A stretch of 64,000 bases of DNA from Tubulanus polymorphus (lineage: Eukaryota; Animalia; Nemertea): contig NC_134025.1 in the NCBI RefSeq assembly GCF_964204645.1, positions 28,314,299 to 28,378,298 on the forward strand, written 5' to 3'. The translations under genes and the position numbers were made by a program. Under the pieces are notes generated by a model that saw only the letters and a program-made list of their open reading frames with translations, did not search any database and was not told the DNA's origin. Every line of letters begins with the position of its first letter. The first letter of the stretch is position 1. Below are positions 38,090 through 52,400 of this stretch, one piece after another.

Positions 38090-41000
38090 TTATATAATAT
38101 CCAGATCATCGTACGATCCTAGAACTGGTGACTTGGGTATAAAACTTCTACGGAATTCATCATCGGTCATGTAGAGCGGTTGAGGAGTTTTCTGATCGAC
38201 TGCAGGACTACTACTGCGAGGAACAGGCCGTAGAGGAACGGGAGAAGACGCTCGTAACGGAGACGATGATCGTAGTCGACTCGACCGATGACTGTGGCGA
38301 TCGTGAGTGGGAACATTTTCTTCGATTCTCACGCGTCGTTTAGGTTTCGGAGAGGATGAAGGGCTACTCGTAGCGCTGATACGAGCTGCTTGCAGATCCG
38401 CATCCAGTTTGTCCATCTAAATATACAATAATGACAAGACTTATATAAATAACGAGGAAAATAAAAGTTTCAAAGATAAGTTATATTTGTCGAGCTATTG
38501 GTTCATACCTTGTACTCATCGGCACATTTTCTAGTTTCTAGAAGTTCATCTCGTAAACGATTCACTGTCTCTTGTAATCTGTGAAAAAAATTCAGCAAAC
38601 GATTAAAACATTCAGATTCAATTGAGTAGATGACTGCCGGTCCAACACGGTTCACATACTTCGCGTATCTTTCATGAATTCTATCTCTTTCTTTGTTTGA
38701 ATCTTGTATATCTTTGATTTCTTCTATGATATAATGCTTTTCCGCCTCAAGTTCTATCGATTTGTTGAGGTTTTCCTCCTTTTGTCGACGAAGAGAATTC
38801 GACAGTTCATGTACTTGTTCCTTCGAATAAAATTTGTTACCGTTATTCATAGTCAGTTGCCTAGATAATACAAATTGAATGATTTATAACACTTACTTCG
38901 AGAACTTGAACCTCATCTGTTTTCAATGCTTCGCGCTGAGCCAGGACTACAAAAGAAATGTCTAGGAATGAGTACAAAACTTTTACTTGACACAATAATC
39001 ATCCCCGCAAATTAAGACACGTACATTGTTTCTGTATGACTAGGTCTTCTAAGACTTCATTTTGTTTTTCCAGTTCATTCACAAATAATTTCCTATCAGT
39101 TTCGACTGATTGTACGGCATCCTTCATATCTATTTTAAGGCGAGTTTCTCGAGTTCTTTGTTCCTTCATCTGTGACTGTAACCATTGCAATTTACTCTAC
39201 AAAATAAAAATAAAAAACATGTTAAGAATCCATGTTGGAATTGAAGAGCGGCAAAATGCTAGTTTATCTTATCCTGGTATATCCTACCTTCATATCAGCT
39301 AGCCATCGTTGAGGGTCACTGTGGCACTTTCCTGGAGACAAAGCCTGGCGATAGAAATTGAGCGATGAAAGGTTATTCACATTTTTTACGCATACAGTCA
39401 TGATTATTGTAGAAATGCTTACATCATAAGTTTCACTCGAATCAAGAGTTGCAAGTTCAACTAAACCGTTTACTTCAACACCAATTGAATGTAAAATATT
39501 CTACAATAAATAAAGCCATGCATTGATAGTTTAGCCACATACAGTGAAGTAAGAACAGATCCACGAAACACTTACGGTAATTCAACTGACATTAAAAATA
39601 AGTATGAATTCTTACCCTCTGGTCGCGCTCTAATTTTTTTATACAGTCTTGAACATCCAACAACTCCTCTTCAACTTTCCTGGCCCTGAATCAACAAAAA
39701 CACAATTCATCACCATTGCTAACAAATCAAAAGATGATGAATATTATGGAGGGAGCAAATACCTGCTTATATCATCATCAGCTATTTGTAGTTTAGTTTG
39801 ATATTCCTGTCTTATTTTCAGTATTTTACGTTTCAATACGGTGTTATCATCTTCTAGTCTTCCAATCTCATCGTGAAGTTTATCGATATCATCTTTGCTC
39901 TTATCATCTTTAGCCTTTAACATTTTATAAGCAGATCTATGTTCTGAGACATCAATCTGTAAAAAATACCAGAAAACAGAATTTAAATTAGCCCCCCATT
40001 GGCTCCATAGTGATGAAAATTCCATGGTTTCATCTATCACTTAGCAACCACTAAAGCAACTCTATAGAAACTCCAGCTATTTGCAGAAAAGCAGAAAGGA
40101 TTTCAGGTAAGTATCTACTATTTGTCTTACTTTTAGGGCTTGTATTTCAGCTTCAAATTCAGCCTGATCCCTTTTCATTCTTCTCGACATATCTTGTACA
40201 GTCTGAATTTCTCTCGCCTGAAAATGACATCAAAAACATCATGATTTAAATGAAATACACAAAAAATATCATTGAGCGTCAATTCTTACAATTACAACCT
40301 ACAAGTACAAATGAATCTAGCTGTGATAGTTACCTTGATATCTTCCATTTGTCGGCGTAACTGTTCAACATCTCGTAAATGTTTCTCATTCTCCTGAACA
40401 GGGGTAAATTATATACATAGATGATAGTTATTTTATTAGGCTTCTTCAGAATATGAAATGACATTTATACACATTAATTGAAAGGTTATGAATCGCGAAT
40501 AATGCAGCGATGAATGTATTTAACAATAATGAAATGTTAAATGCACAGTAATGAAGAATGGGTAATGTGAGTAATAATAGTTAGACAGACAGCAAACTGA
40601 CATTACAGCAAAATTTTTTAAGTTGAAATCAAATAGAGCTTACCTCTCGGTTTTGCTTTGATAACAATGATATTTCTTCCCTGAGTGTTTGTTCTATGTG
40701 ATGCGCACCCATCAAACTGTTCTTTAATTCCTAAAAAAAACCCAAATAACATGATGTATTACAAAACACTGAAGAAGACTAATCAGTATTCTGAAGTTGA
40801 CTGTTGATGGTATATTTCTTACGGTGCGTTGTGTTTGCATTTCCTGAGTTTGAGCAGATAGTTCAGCTTTTAGTAAGCTCACTTCTTGTAGTTCTCTCTG
40901 AAAAAAATCATCGTCAACCATTGGTTATGAAATAAAATGATTCAGCCTAAAATGTATGAACTATATCAATCAATTGACTATATTTGCAAACATACTCTAA

Positions 41001-44000
41001 GTGTTTTACATTCATCCTGAGCGACGAGACACTGAGCCTCGACGCTGGATAGTTTCTCTTCAAGATGGCCGCGTTCGTCTTTAATCTGCGCATACATCAC
41101 CTCTGATGAATGTAACTCCTCTTTGAGCTGAAGAAAAGAAGTATCCACATTTCACTACTGAATCGGTCAACATTTTATAATGATTCAACAATGTCTATAA
41201 GTATAATATCTATCATACTTTTTCATTCATGCCTCTGTAATCGCGAACATCTTTATCCAAGTCACATTTAATCGCCTTAATATCGCTAAGCTGAAACAGA
41301 AACATTAGTTATAATTACTTTCAAAGACATATGTTCAATATAATAGAATGAGAGGAATGAACAGTATCTCAAAACTCACCTCTGCATCTCTGAGTCTGAG
41401 GTGTTCTTCTTGTTGAGCACGAATTTGCTAAAATACAACAAAATGTTTAGAAATTCAGTAATAATTTCATTACTACTCAACACTTACACGTCTCACAGTA
41501 GGTAGATGATGAACTTACAAGAATGTCTCCCATTTCTCGTTTCATATTTTCTAATTGTTGACTGGCAGTGCAAAATTGAACTTTCATCTGTTCGTGATCT
41601 TTTGTTAAATGCGTGTTTTTCTGATTGAGTTGTTCAGATTCCGTGCGATATTTCTCCAGCTCTTTTTCTAGCCGCTTACATTTCAGTTTCCACCTGGGAA
41701 TTTAACAGAGAAAATTCACCCTATTGAACCGAAACTCAGTTTCAATGACTCAAGCATTTAAGACTCACATTTTTACTGTTTCTGTTGCTCTAGTCCTCAT
41801 TTCGTCTTGGCGTATTTCAGTTTCTTGAAGCTGATTGTCTGTTTTCTTCAATTCGTCTGCGTATCGATCAGCCTCTCTCGTTAAATCTCTCAACTGTCTC
41901 AGGGCGTCTTCTAATTGAGAAACCGCCGTATTCCTCTGACGTTCACATTCTTCATATTTTATCTTAAATTCTTGTAGTTCCGTCATCAGTTTTAAAATAT
42001 GCTTTTCTTTGTTTTCCATGTCTTTTTTCATGACCTTAAGGGACGAAAAAAATTTTTATAATCATTTCTTAAAATTCAAATCAAGTGCTGATTCAAAAAA
42101 GTTCATTTAATAACAACCATTACCTCAACACTATCAGAAAGTTGAGATTTTTGACGTTCAGTTCTATCCAGTGTTCTTCTTACATCCTCGATTTCCTGAG
42201 ATCCTAAGTGAGTTGATCGCGATATTTGTTGTTTCAGTTCTTTTATCTCTCGTTCCAAGTTTCTACGCTCATTTTCACGTTCCTCTTTGGCTAGAATTAT
42301 TAAAAATTTCCAAATGAAATCAGCAACAAAAAGAAACTTATACCATTTACTAGTATTATTGAAACTTACCAGTTTTATAGCGTTTTCTTTCTTTTAGTTC
42401 TTCTTCGGTTTTCATTTCTTCCAATTTTGATCGCAAAGTCGTGCGATCCTTCTCAGCATTTGAAAGCTGATGCCTCAATTCTTCCATCTGAAAATGATTT
42501 CACCTTGTTATTATCGGCAGAACAAGTGTTTAAGTGGATTAAAGAATTCAAAGAAAGGAATCAATGAATGAATCTCACCTGTCTCACTAGAGCAACTTTA
42601 CTACCTTCTGATTGGTCAAATCGTCTTTTGATATTTTCTAATTCGCCCTCAATCTATGAATGAAAATAAATAAATGAAAAAAAATGAAGTAACACGAATC
42701 TGCCATGTAAATTTGGCTCTTATCTCATTCATTTGATTTTTATTTAACGGGCCCAGAGCCAAATCATAAAGCAAAAACTGTGAAACACCTTTCTAAAGTT
42801 TACCTGTTTTTTCTGAGTATCAGCCTGACTTAGTCGGTGTTTCCACATACTTTCCTCAGCTGACATTGCTGATTGTAAAGCTGGTACTTGTTGTGGCTGT
42901 TGTTGCTGCTGTTGTAATGCCTGTTTTAAATAACACAACGTATCATATATATGATATCCCCCTTTACTTGTCTGCTACATTACTTCTTCGAAGGAATTTA
43001 ATTTACCTGTCGTAATTCAGTAGAAAGTCGTCCTACATCGTATCTTCTTTGTTCAGTAGTTTTCTTTTCACCTTTCAATTCTTCCTGTATATTATGCAGG
43101 CGTTTTTCTACGCTATCGCTCTACAAATATTCATCGCAGATTTCATGAATTGCGGTGCACATTTTCAAGAATGAAACGTAGTTAAAACATCCACACTAAA
43201 ACTTACAAGATCGGCATTTGAGCGCCTTAAACTATCAGACAATTCAATCATCGATCTTCTATTTTCAATTTCATCTCTAAAAAATGTCAACAAAACAGTT
43301 AAAAATTTTATAATGATCAATTACACGTATAACACTGTTCAACCTCGATAGAGAGTTCAAATGATTAAAAATCCATAGAAGAACAAAAGTTTTGCATCAT
43401 TTGTGACTTGTCTTGAGAAGGGGTATGAACATTCGACATATTGAATTCAACATGATATGTATGAAAAGTGAAACTGTTTGTTCTTCTATGGGTTTTGTAA
43501 CATTTCACTTGCTTGTTACGTCTGTCTAACTCTCTATTCAAATCATCTCGTAGTCGATGTTGATCCGTCGATAAATCTCGCACATTCTGATGTATCTCGT
43601 GAACCTCTTCAGTAGAAGCCGTCATATCATCAGTGAATCTAACGGCGCTTCGTCCGGCGCGGCCTCTCCGTCGACTCGACGCTTCTATATCGCTTTCCGA
43701 CGAACGCTGATCAGAGAAAAAAAAGCAAGATCGAGATATCATTATTGAAAACTTTCAAAATGGGAGCAAATCAATATCATTCAAAATAGCATATATCATT
43801 TAAAGATAAATTCATTGCTGCATATGAATAATTAAAGTGATAATCACGAGAAAAAAACTCAACATACCCCAAACTCTCTGAATGATGGGCCTCTTCTCCT
43901 GCGCCGTACTGGATAAAGAGAATAATACCGATACATGTTTACTCAAACAGGTCCAAACATTTATAACTGAGTTTAAACAGGTGGAATTCAAAAAACACTG

Positions 44001-47000
44001 TGTTCATCTATTATACTAGATCATGATTTATGCATAAACTGGTAGCAAAAAATATACATATATATGCATACATAGACGAAAGTTCGACAAAAGTAAATTT
44101 GCTTAAATGCGGGTGTCGAATTTCAAATTTTACTATAAAACGTCATCTACCAAAGACAGAAATGACAAACAGTGAATACTTGTACGAATAAAAGAATGGC
44201 TTTTTAAGCCGATCTGAATGAATAACTGGTGAACTAGTAAATCGTACAAGGCACGTGTAAGCATAATGAGACACCCATACAATACTGAACTTCATATTAT
44301 CAGACAATCAGCAGGATACAACTGACTTAAAAAACTACTCACCTCTAATACCATCTTCAACCTCTAGATCACTAGATCGGAGGGGTCTCGATAGATCAGG
44401 ACTGACACTCGCACTACTAGCTGCTGATGCTCTGATTCTTTCTTCTTTCAATTGGTCCATTGTTTTATCTAAATCTCCTCGTAACTGAAAAATATCGATT
44501 TTGCTCTTTGCTCATTAAATCAACAATAATCAAGTATTTCTAATGATGAAAGAATTAACAGAACTCTTAATCATTACAAAAGATTTAAGCAGTTTCAACT
44601 TAATTTGAAGTCACGCTAACTGTGCCTAGTAAAATATTGTGCTTTATTTACATTATCTAATCACAAACATTTCAGGGACAAATTCAGATTCATGATAAAA
44701 TGGAATTTTAAACAGTTGAGATTTAAAAAATCAATTTAAGGCCTAATTCATTTTTCTCAATCATCAAGAATCCATACACCAAACCAAGAAGACCTTGCGT
44801 AGGATTTATTAGCAGTATGGAAATGGTTCTCAACAACATGTTTGTGCAAAAACTGTACATGAATCAATTTTATTACAGACATCATCATCGTCAAAGCATG
44901 ACCGGGTGTTTAGCGGTATTCGTCAATTAAACACACTGAGTATTGGATAGGATAATCATGGATAGATATATTTCATTAATAATAGACCAGCTCGCTCGAT
45001 TTACAGCCTACTGTTTGAGAAGCATTATTGTTATTCGTTTCATTAACACTACAAACTTCAAATGGCAATTCGAAAATCTTTACAAAAAGATTCCGAACAA
45101 TCGACACGCTTATGACCACAGCTTGGCAGTTAACCAATGGAATTAATCATAATCAGAAGAATTAGTAACAAATATCACGTCTAGTTATAACTTTAAAAAA
45201 TCCATACCTATAGAAGCGTCCTAGGGTCATGATTTAGAAAAATTATTTGTAGGATTAATTCCGACATAATATCTCGGAATAAAATTGTCAAACTTTTTAG
45301 TTTAATTGAAATGATTTTTCTCTGCGATATTATGTCAGAATTAATTCTTATTTGTTATGAATCAATGGAAATTTCAACTACCTAGTATCTGTTGTCCTGG
45401 GGATATTTTCATTGAATAAAACAAATTCTGAATTACTTGGGGATAATCTCAGAATAAAACATTTTATATACATCACATTAAAGAATTTGACAAATTTGCT
45501 CTGACATGATATCTCTGAACAATATAATTTCCATTGAGATATAAATGTATAATCTTTGAATAGATTTTTTGAAGAAAATGGAGTTGGAATTTCCATTGAT
45601 TAAAAAAAAAATTGGAATTTTTTTTAGAGTAAGACGAAATATCTGGAAAAATATTTCGATTGAATAAAAAATTGAAATTCAAGATATCAAAACTAATTCC
45701 TAAAATATCATTGCTCTCATGTCCCCAGGACACTTCTGTACATTAAAGGATAGATTGTAATGAAAGAAAGTATGCACAGTTCAAACCAACTGCAAAATAA
45801 TAACATTAAGGCCTAGGTACACCAAAAATACAAAAGTATTTTTGTCTATACACTTAATAAATAAAGGTAAAGCTATCTCGTTTTAATGCTCAGAGGTAAA
45901 GATACTAAAACATGGACTTACCCTTTCCATGGAGGACGATTGTTGGGTATTTAAATCTCTATATGTACCCAGCATCCGATCTACTGAGCGTAGATTCCTA
46001 TTTGTGTCCTAAAATATTACAAGAAATAAGTGCATTTTAAAAACAAACAAAAAATAGGCTACAATGAACAGAGTTTCATTTTTGCTAGTTTCCACCATAT
46101 TGTGACAAAACTAAACTAAAACCATTAAAGAACAAATAATGTTTATAGGCCTAATGTGAGAACAGACCTCAACGCATTCCTTCAGTTCTTCCATTTTGAC
46201 TATGATTAAAAGTCCACTTAAGGCTACGGCCTATAGGCTTTGCGTTATCCAGTCAGTCACAAGAGGACTCCCCAGACCAAATCGTATAGTACACTGAACA
46301 TTTTTATATATCGTAAAAATAGAATTTCACACTCGCACTCACAAGTCAGAACTGAGTGACTGAATAATAATTGAGAGACAAAATAAATGACCTAAATTAT
46401 TAATGGAAAAGATATTAGAAAGAAGAACAGGATTTCTACATAAACGCTGATTTGTAAAGCGTTAAAGATCTTTCATAGATCCTGACTTTCAATTTCCTAA
46501 ATAGACAGTCACATACAATAGAATCCTGTTTAGAATTTCAAAAGTGATCAATTGGCAGTGATCGATAAGATTTTTGAATTATAGATTACAGAAATACCGA
46601 TACTAAAACTAATTTCAGTATATTCTAATACATTTAATATCCAGGGTAACTAACTTACAGTAAAATACATGATACAGAACAGACTCCGCGCAGAATGAAT
46701 CAATAATCATTTCAATTATCGGTTGATACCGAGTGGAGACAGGCCACGCATTTATTCATCCATTCAATGACTCTCGCGCAGTCCATATCTCAATAAACCA
46801 GACCTGACTTGCAATCATTATTAACTGCCAATTTCCAACTCACACGAATAATAGCAAAAACAACATCAATCGCGACAGTGAATATATTATAAACACTGCG
46901 TGCACTAATCACGCATGAAAATCTATAAATATCAAATCAAAAATCATCAACCTTACCAGTTAGCCTGCGCATAAAATTTAGAAAAATTTTTCAGCATTTT

Positions 47001-47452
47001 ATCTCATCTTTTGAATATTCACATCAAATATCTAATTTTTTTGAAAATTTTCATGCATGTCAAAATTTTCGAATAACAACATTTTTCAAATTTTTCATAT
47101 TTTTCCCTATTCTTCGCAGGAATCTTAAATCTTAGGATTGTTCAAATTTTCCATATCAATCACTACCCAGTGTAAACTAGCTAATTAAACGAGAACCTTA
47201 GAGTAGGATGTGACAGGTTCCAAGCAGACTTTTATGTCTTAATTCAAATGTAGGGATGTTTGGAATAAAAATAGACATTGTATCTTAGTATCTTACCTTT
47301 AAAGAAGAACTTATGATCCCAACTTGACCGGAATTGACATTTTGCATTCTTTGACGCGCTGAATGTCGCGGAGAAGCTAACGATCCTTGAGTCGAACCAT
47401 CTCCGAATATATCTGAATCATCACCACTGGAAATATCTTCACTATCGGCCAT
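38090..47452 (-). CDS. CEP128: Centrosomal protein of 128 kDa (coiled-coil, subdistal appendage)
   Basis: Exon 1 'MADSEDISSGDDSD...SSSLK'; exon 2 'DTNRNLRSVDRMLGTYRD' resembles vertebrate 'DTSRNLRQVDQMLGRYRE'; 'SAVRFTDD...VHEIHQNVRDLSTDQHRLRDDLNREL'; 'DPQRWLADMK...LQWL'. Long coiled coil; stop at 38090. Confidence 0.85.
45251..45732. repeat. Cluster of imperfect inverted repeats (foldback-like) in a CEP128 intron
   Basis: Inverted pairs 45251-45285/45314-45349, 45361-45379/45582-45600 and 45393-45403/45722-45732. Confidence 0.6.
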
Positions 47453-49484
47453 AATTCTGAACTATTAGCAATAACAATCTCACTACACTGCACACAACAG
47501 CAATACGACCTGGTGAAATTGAAAAATAAATAAGCTAGGCCTAACACTACATCACATTGATGAATACAGTGTAGATATTTAACAGGGCCTACTATGGTGA
47601 GAGCGTTCTCATTATTAGGCACTGAAACCAGTAGGCAGTATAAAAGTCGACCAGCCACAATTCCTAAACTAAAAGTGATTTTTTGACACTGAAAAAAAGA
47701 TGTGCAACCTTTTTTGATGATGTGTACAATATAATATGATGCACGAGCCAAGGCCTAACCATTTACTACAAAACAAGAAAAGGGGCACTTGCGTTCATCT
47801 AAATATGGATTAGGCCTAGGCCTAATTAATTTAAATGGACTGAAAGCTAAATATTGCTTGCCCGAGCGCATCTATGTAGTAGTGTGTATGTAATACATAG
47901 GCTATACACAAACAATGCCAACAAGGCAAATCATAAATGCCGGTTTGTGTTTTTGTGGTGGTGGATTGAATCGGTTGACCAATTCAACGTTTGAAATTTA
48001 AATTTAAGACCCTATGAACCGATTTCTCTGGACTATTTCGCGTCTTAATTAGAACAAATACTTTGAACACGCCACCCGAAGTTAATTTTCACTCTCTAAA
48101 CGCAGCCTTGAATTGAAATGAAGTATTAGATGCGTTCAACTCACCGTTAATTAACAGTTGAAGAGGCCGCCATTGGTACACAAACAAACCTTCATCGCGC
48201 AGTGAATTAAGAATTCAATAAAACCATAAACCAGCACAGCTGAGTCTAATAAAATCGAATAATCCACTAACAAGCGGACATCATACTTGAGAAATGGAAA
48301 TAAATTGCAAAATTCCTGTAAAACAGTGTTTATTCTATATCAGGTGGACTCAAAATGTCAAGTCAAACATTTTGTGCAATCAAAAATTACAAAATATTCG
48401 CCTCTATAATTCAAAATATAAACAAATGCACGTGGGTAGATGTTATCATGTTTTTTTCTGGAAAAAGTCAATGGTAATCTCTTTTTCAAAGGTAAATTAA
48501 AGTAATTTTGTAAAGTTTGATGATGTTTCTATCGTGTCTATGCGATTTGATTTTCAATGGGTGTATTCTCCGAGTTAAACCAACGGAAAAACTTTTAGGA
48601 ATGAGCCTCTGCTATAGCGATAGATGGCAGCATAGTGGAATAACACTCACTTGCCTCGGATGGAAACTACCGTACGGACAAACGAACGGACCAATTCAAT
48701 GAAGCGCTCTATTGAGCATTACGCAACGGTGGCACTAGTAAATTCGTGAACGTCTTTAACAAAATATCTCAGGATATTTGAAAGTGCGCCTAGTCCTAAG
48801 ACCGATGAACAAGCCTACGATCCTAGGACTGACCAGTCAGTAAGGAAGACCAAAAAACTTTTATAGTGCAGTGAAAACCATGATAACACTTTTATACTAA
48901 AACCGCCGATCCGCGGGCCCGGTGGGGTCACCTATTAATCGTCGTGTGTGCGTGAACTGTATCGTAAGAATGTTTATATTTCCCACCTATGAGGCGAATT
49001 CATTACGAATTAACAATTTCGACGTTTTAATCAAATATACATATACATATATAGTCCTTATGGATTATCGGACAGTCCTCGGTCAATTCAATTAAGTCGC
49101 GTTTAAGGAACACCGCGGTATAGTGAATAATTGATTTGAATTCCGTTACATAGTGAACTAAACATATCATTGGAAATTTAAGTGTGATTAATCTATGATT
49201 CTTGAGAATGGATCGTAGAGCGGGGATGTGGTGAGTTCTAAACTAAAAATACCTTACTTCAAACCGTTAGAATCAAAAATATTTTCTCAAAGTTACCTGA
49301 TATATCGACAAATATGATTCGAACTATGATATCAGTAATCTGCTATGAACTAGCGAATATTGAATAAATACATGTATTTCGAAAAATAAAGTGACGCCAA
49401 TAGCAGCGAGTAAAATGAAAGTTACTAATTGGAAATAATTCTTTTTCAGGATTTCGATAAATGGTACCATTCTGAAAAGATAAC

Positions 49485-52400
49485 ATGGACAGCCCTGATG
49501 AAAACGCTGGTCAAGGAAACACAACTGTGTGGACAGCAAGCCCAGATCCGGAAAAAGTTCCCAGACGTACATCAATTTGGTCGAATGACAGAGAAGGTGC
49601 AGATTCAGGTTTACAAAATGGAACTCCCTCGCAGCAAGAGCGTCGTATGTCTCAGTTTAGCCAAAAGATGGATTCACTGGAAATTCCTCGAACATCGCGT
49701 TCCGTATTTCAGAAAGTATCCAGCGCTGTAATTGCGATCAACAGAATGAAACGCGCCGTCAACAACGAGAATAATGAGCTTGAAAACTCATCTGCTCAAC
49801 TCGTTCAAAGCGACGGAAAAACGACGAAAAAATCCGGCGATTCGGTGAAACTGGAGGAACAAATAACGAACGAAAAACTAACGAATTTACAACAGATATT
49901 CGAAGAGGCGGATGAAGATGGCGGGGGTGGGTTAGATATAGACGAATTTCGATACGCCATGAGGCAGACCATGGGTGCCGTCGATGACCACGAGTTGGAG
50001 ATAGTTTTCATGAAAGTGGACACGAATTGCGATGGAACTGTCGACTGGGATGAATACCTGTCCTATATGTTGCTCGAGTACAAAGAGAAAGATCAAATGA
50101 CCAGTATGCTTCAAGAGAAACCGTTCCCTAAATCTCTCAAAGATGTCGAATGCAATCACAGAGATGATATAACGACGATTACGTTTTTACCATCTCTAAT
50201 AAATCGACACGGTAATTCTGCCGATGATATAGATTACCTCCACGGACGATACATTACAATCAGTAAAGAAGGTGTCATCAATTTATGGTCGTTAGATATG
50301 AACCATCTGAAAACGTACCACGCAAACGGTTCGAACGAGAGAACTAGATCTATTTGGGTAACCGATTTGGTGTGTATGCCTAATGTTAGTATGGTGGCCA
50401 TTGCTTCAACCCAAAGAGATATCGCACTTTACGATCTTAATGCAAGTAAGTTTGAAAAGCATTACCGTATAAGTGGATTAGATCATTGTGCTTTATGCAT
50501 GGATTACTGGTTTGACACTAAAGATATGAATAAAGGAATTCTCCTTTGGGGAGACGGAGGAGGTAACGTGTGCGGGGTCAAATTTAATGAGTGCATGTTG
50601 GGTGGATTGTTCGGCGCATATCCCGGTAAGCAGGTGCACGGTCAACGGATACCGTTTCCCGAGTTGCTGAAGGGCCAAGCGAAGGGTGTGCAAGCGTACA
50701 GGATGACTGGTTTACACGATGACTGGGTTAGTCAAGTGAAATATTTTCCCACGTTAGACTCTTTCATATCTTGTTCGGTATCGAGCACAAATTCGATGTA
50801 TCTCGGCGATTTTGAACAGAAAAAGTCCAGTTCGTACTTCAGCGTGAAGAAAGGAATTCTATGTTTCGACTATAGTAAAATAACGAACATCATCGTCACA
50901 GGAGGAGTCGATCATTTGGTAAGATTGTGGAATCCATACGTCACCAGTAAAGCTATCGTCGTCTTCAAAGGTCACGCTAAAGCGGTCACTCACGTCATGA
51001 TAAACAATGTCAGAGAACAAGTGATAAGCATCGCTAAAGATAAGACAATTAGAGTATTCAATATGGCGGATCAAAGTTGCGCGCAGGTTATACCCGGGAT
51101 CAAAATACCGATGGGTCCACACGTGATCTCAGCGGCATTTTACAATCCGCAGACGCAATCTCTCATCCTTACTACCAATCAGTTAGCGTATTTTGAACGT
51201 AAAGACGAAGAAAGGCATCAGGAAATAAAATCGCACATGAAGCCAATATGTGCCGCACTTTATAACAAATTATTCAACCAGGTCGTAAGTGCGTGCCATG
51301 CGTCGGTCGTCAGTGTTTGGGATTTGGATACTGGGCAAAAGGTCATCCAATTCACAAATGCCCACAAAGTAGTGGAACGTGGAGAGGAACGAGGTGTCGA
51401 AATAACAGCCATGGAATTCGATCCAACAGGTCGGCGATTGATAACAGGGGCCAGGGATGGAACCGTTAAAATCTGGAATTTCAACAACGGAGCCTGTCTT
51501 AGAGAGCTCGATACGCCAGGAGGTTGCGAGGTCACAGGAATCGTCTGTCCGAAGCAGAGGATTGTGATCGCTGGTTGGAACAGGCGAATATCTACATTCA
51601 TCGACGCGAAAGATGCAGAAGACATCGGTAAAGTTTGGGCATCTTGGCACAAAGATGACATCCTCTCAGTAGCATTTTACCCGCGCTCGAGTATCATTGC
51701 AACGAGTTCGTATAACGGCGATATAATAATATGGTCACTGGAAACAGCTCATGCCCTGAGTCATATCAATGTTAACGAAAGTGCCTATCCACAAACAACA
51801 TCGCGACTAAGTACACAGTACTTCTCCAATAGAAGCTGCAGTAGTTTGGAATCATCGAAAACTCCGGTTAAAGGTGGTAGAGCTATCACCGTGAAAGAAA
51901 TGATAGCACTGAACACGCAAGAAGCGACTGCTGGTAGGCGATCGGGTATGTCAACCTCTCACGGTCATAGATCGGGATGGAAGACACCTGAAATCGACGG
52001 TCGTAGGACCAGTTTCGATGCCAGCAGTCCAGTGAGTAATCGCAGAGCGAGTGTAGCGGACAGAGGCAGTAGCAAGCGACGAGGGAGTAGAGTCAATACG
52101 GGAGGTAGTGATAGCCGTAAGGATAAGAGTAACCTCGAAAGTTGTGCTGAAGACAGTGAACACGACGCTACACCTCCCTCTCCAGGAATACACTCTCTCA
52201 TTTCTGATGACAGTGTAAAATTAACGCAGTCACTTATTGATGCCTATAGGAATAAACACGCTGCATCAGTTGATAACATAGTTTTTTTACAAACTCGCGA
52301 AACCGGTCCCAGTACAGCAACTTTGATGGCAGCTGGAGCGGAGGGCTGGGTTCGAGCCTGGTCTATACATCACAAAGGTGGGCTCAAAGGTCAATTCATC

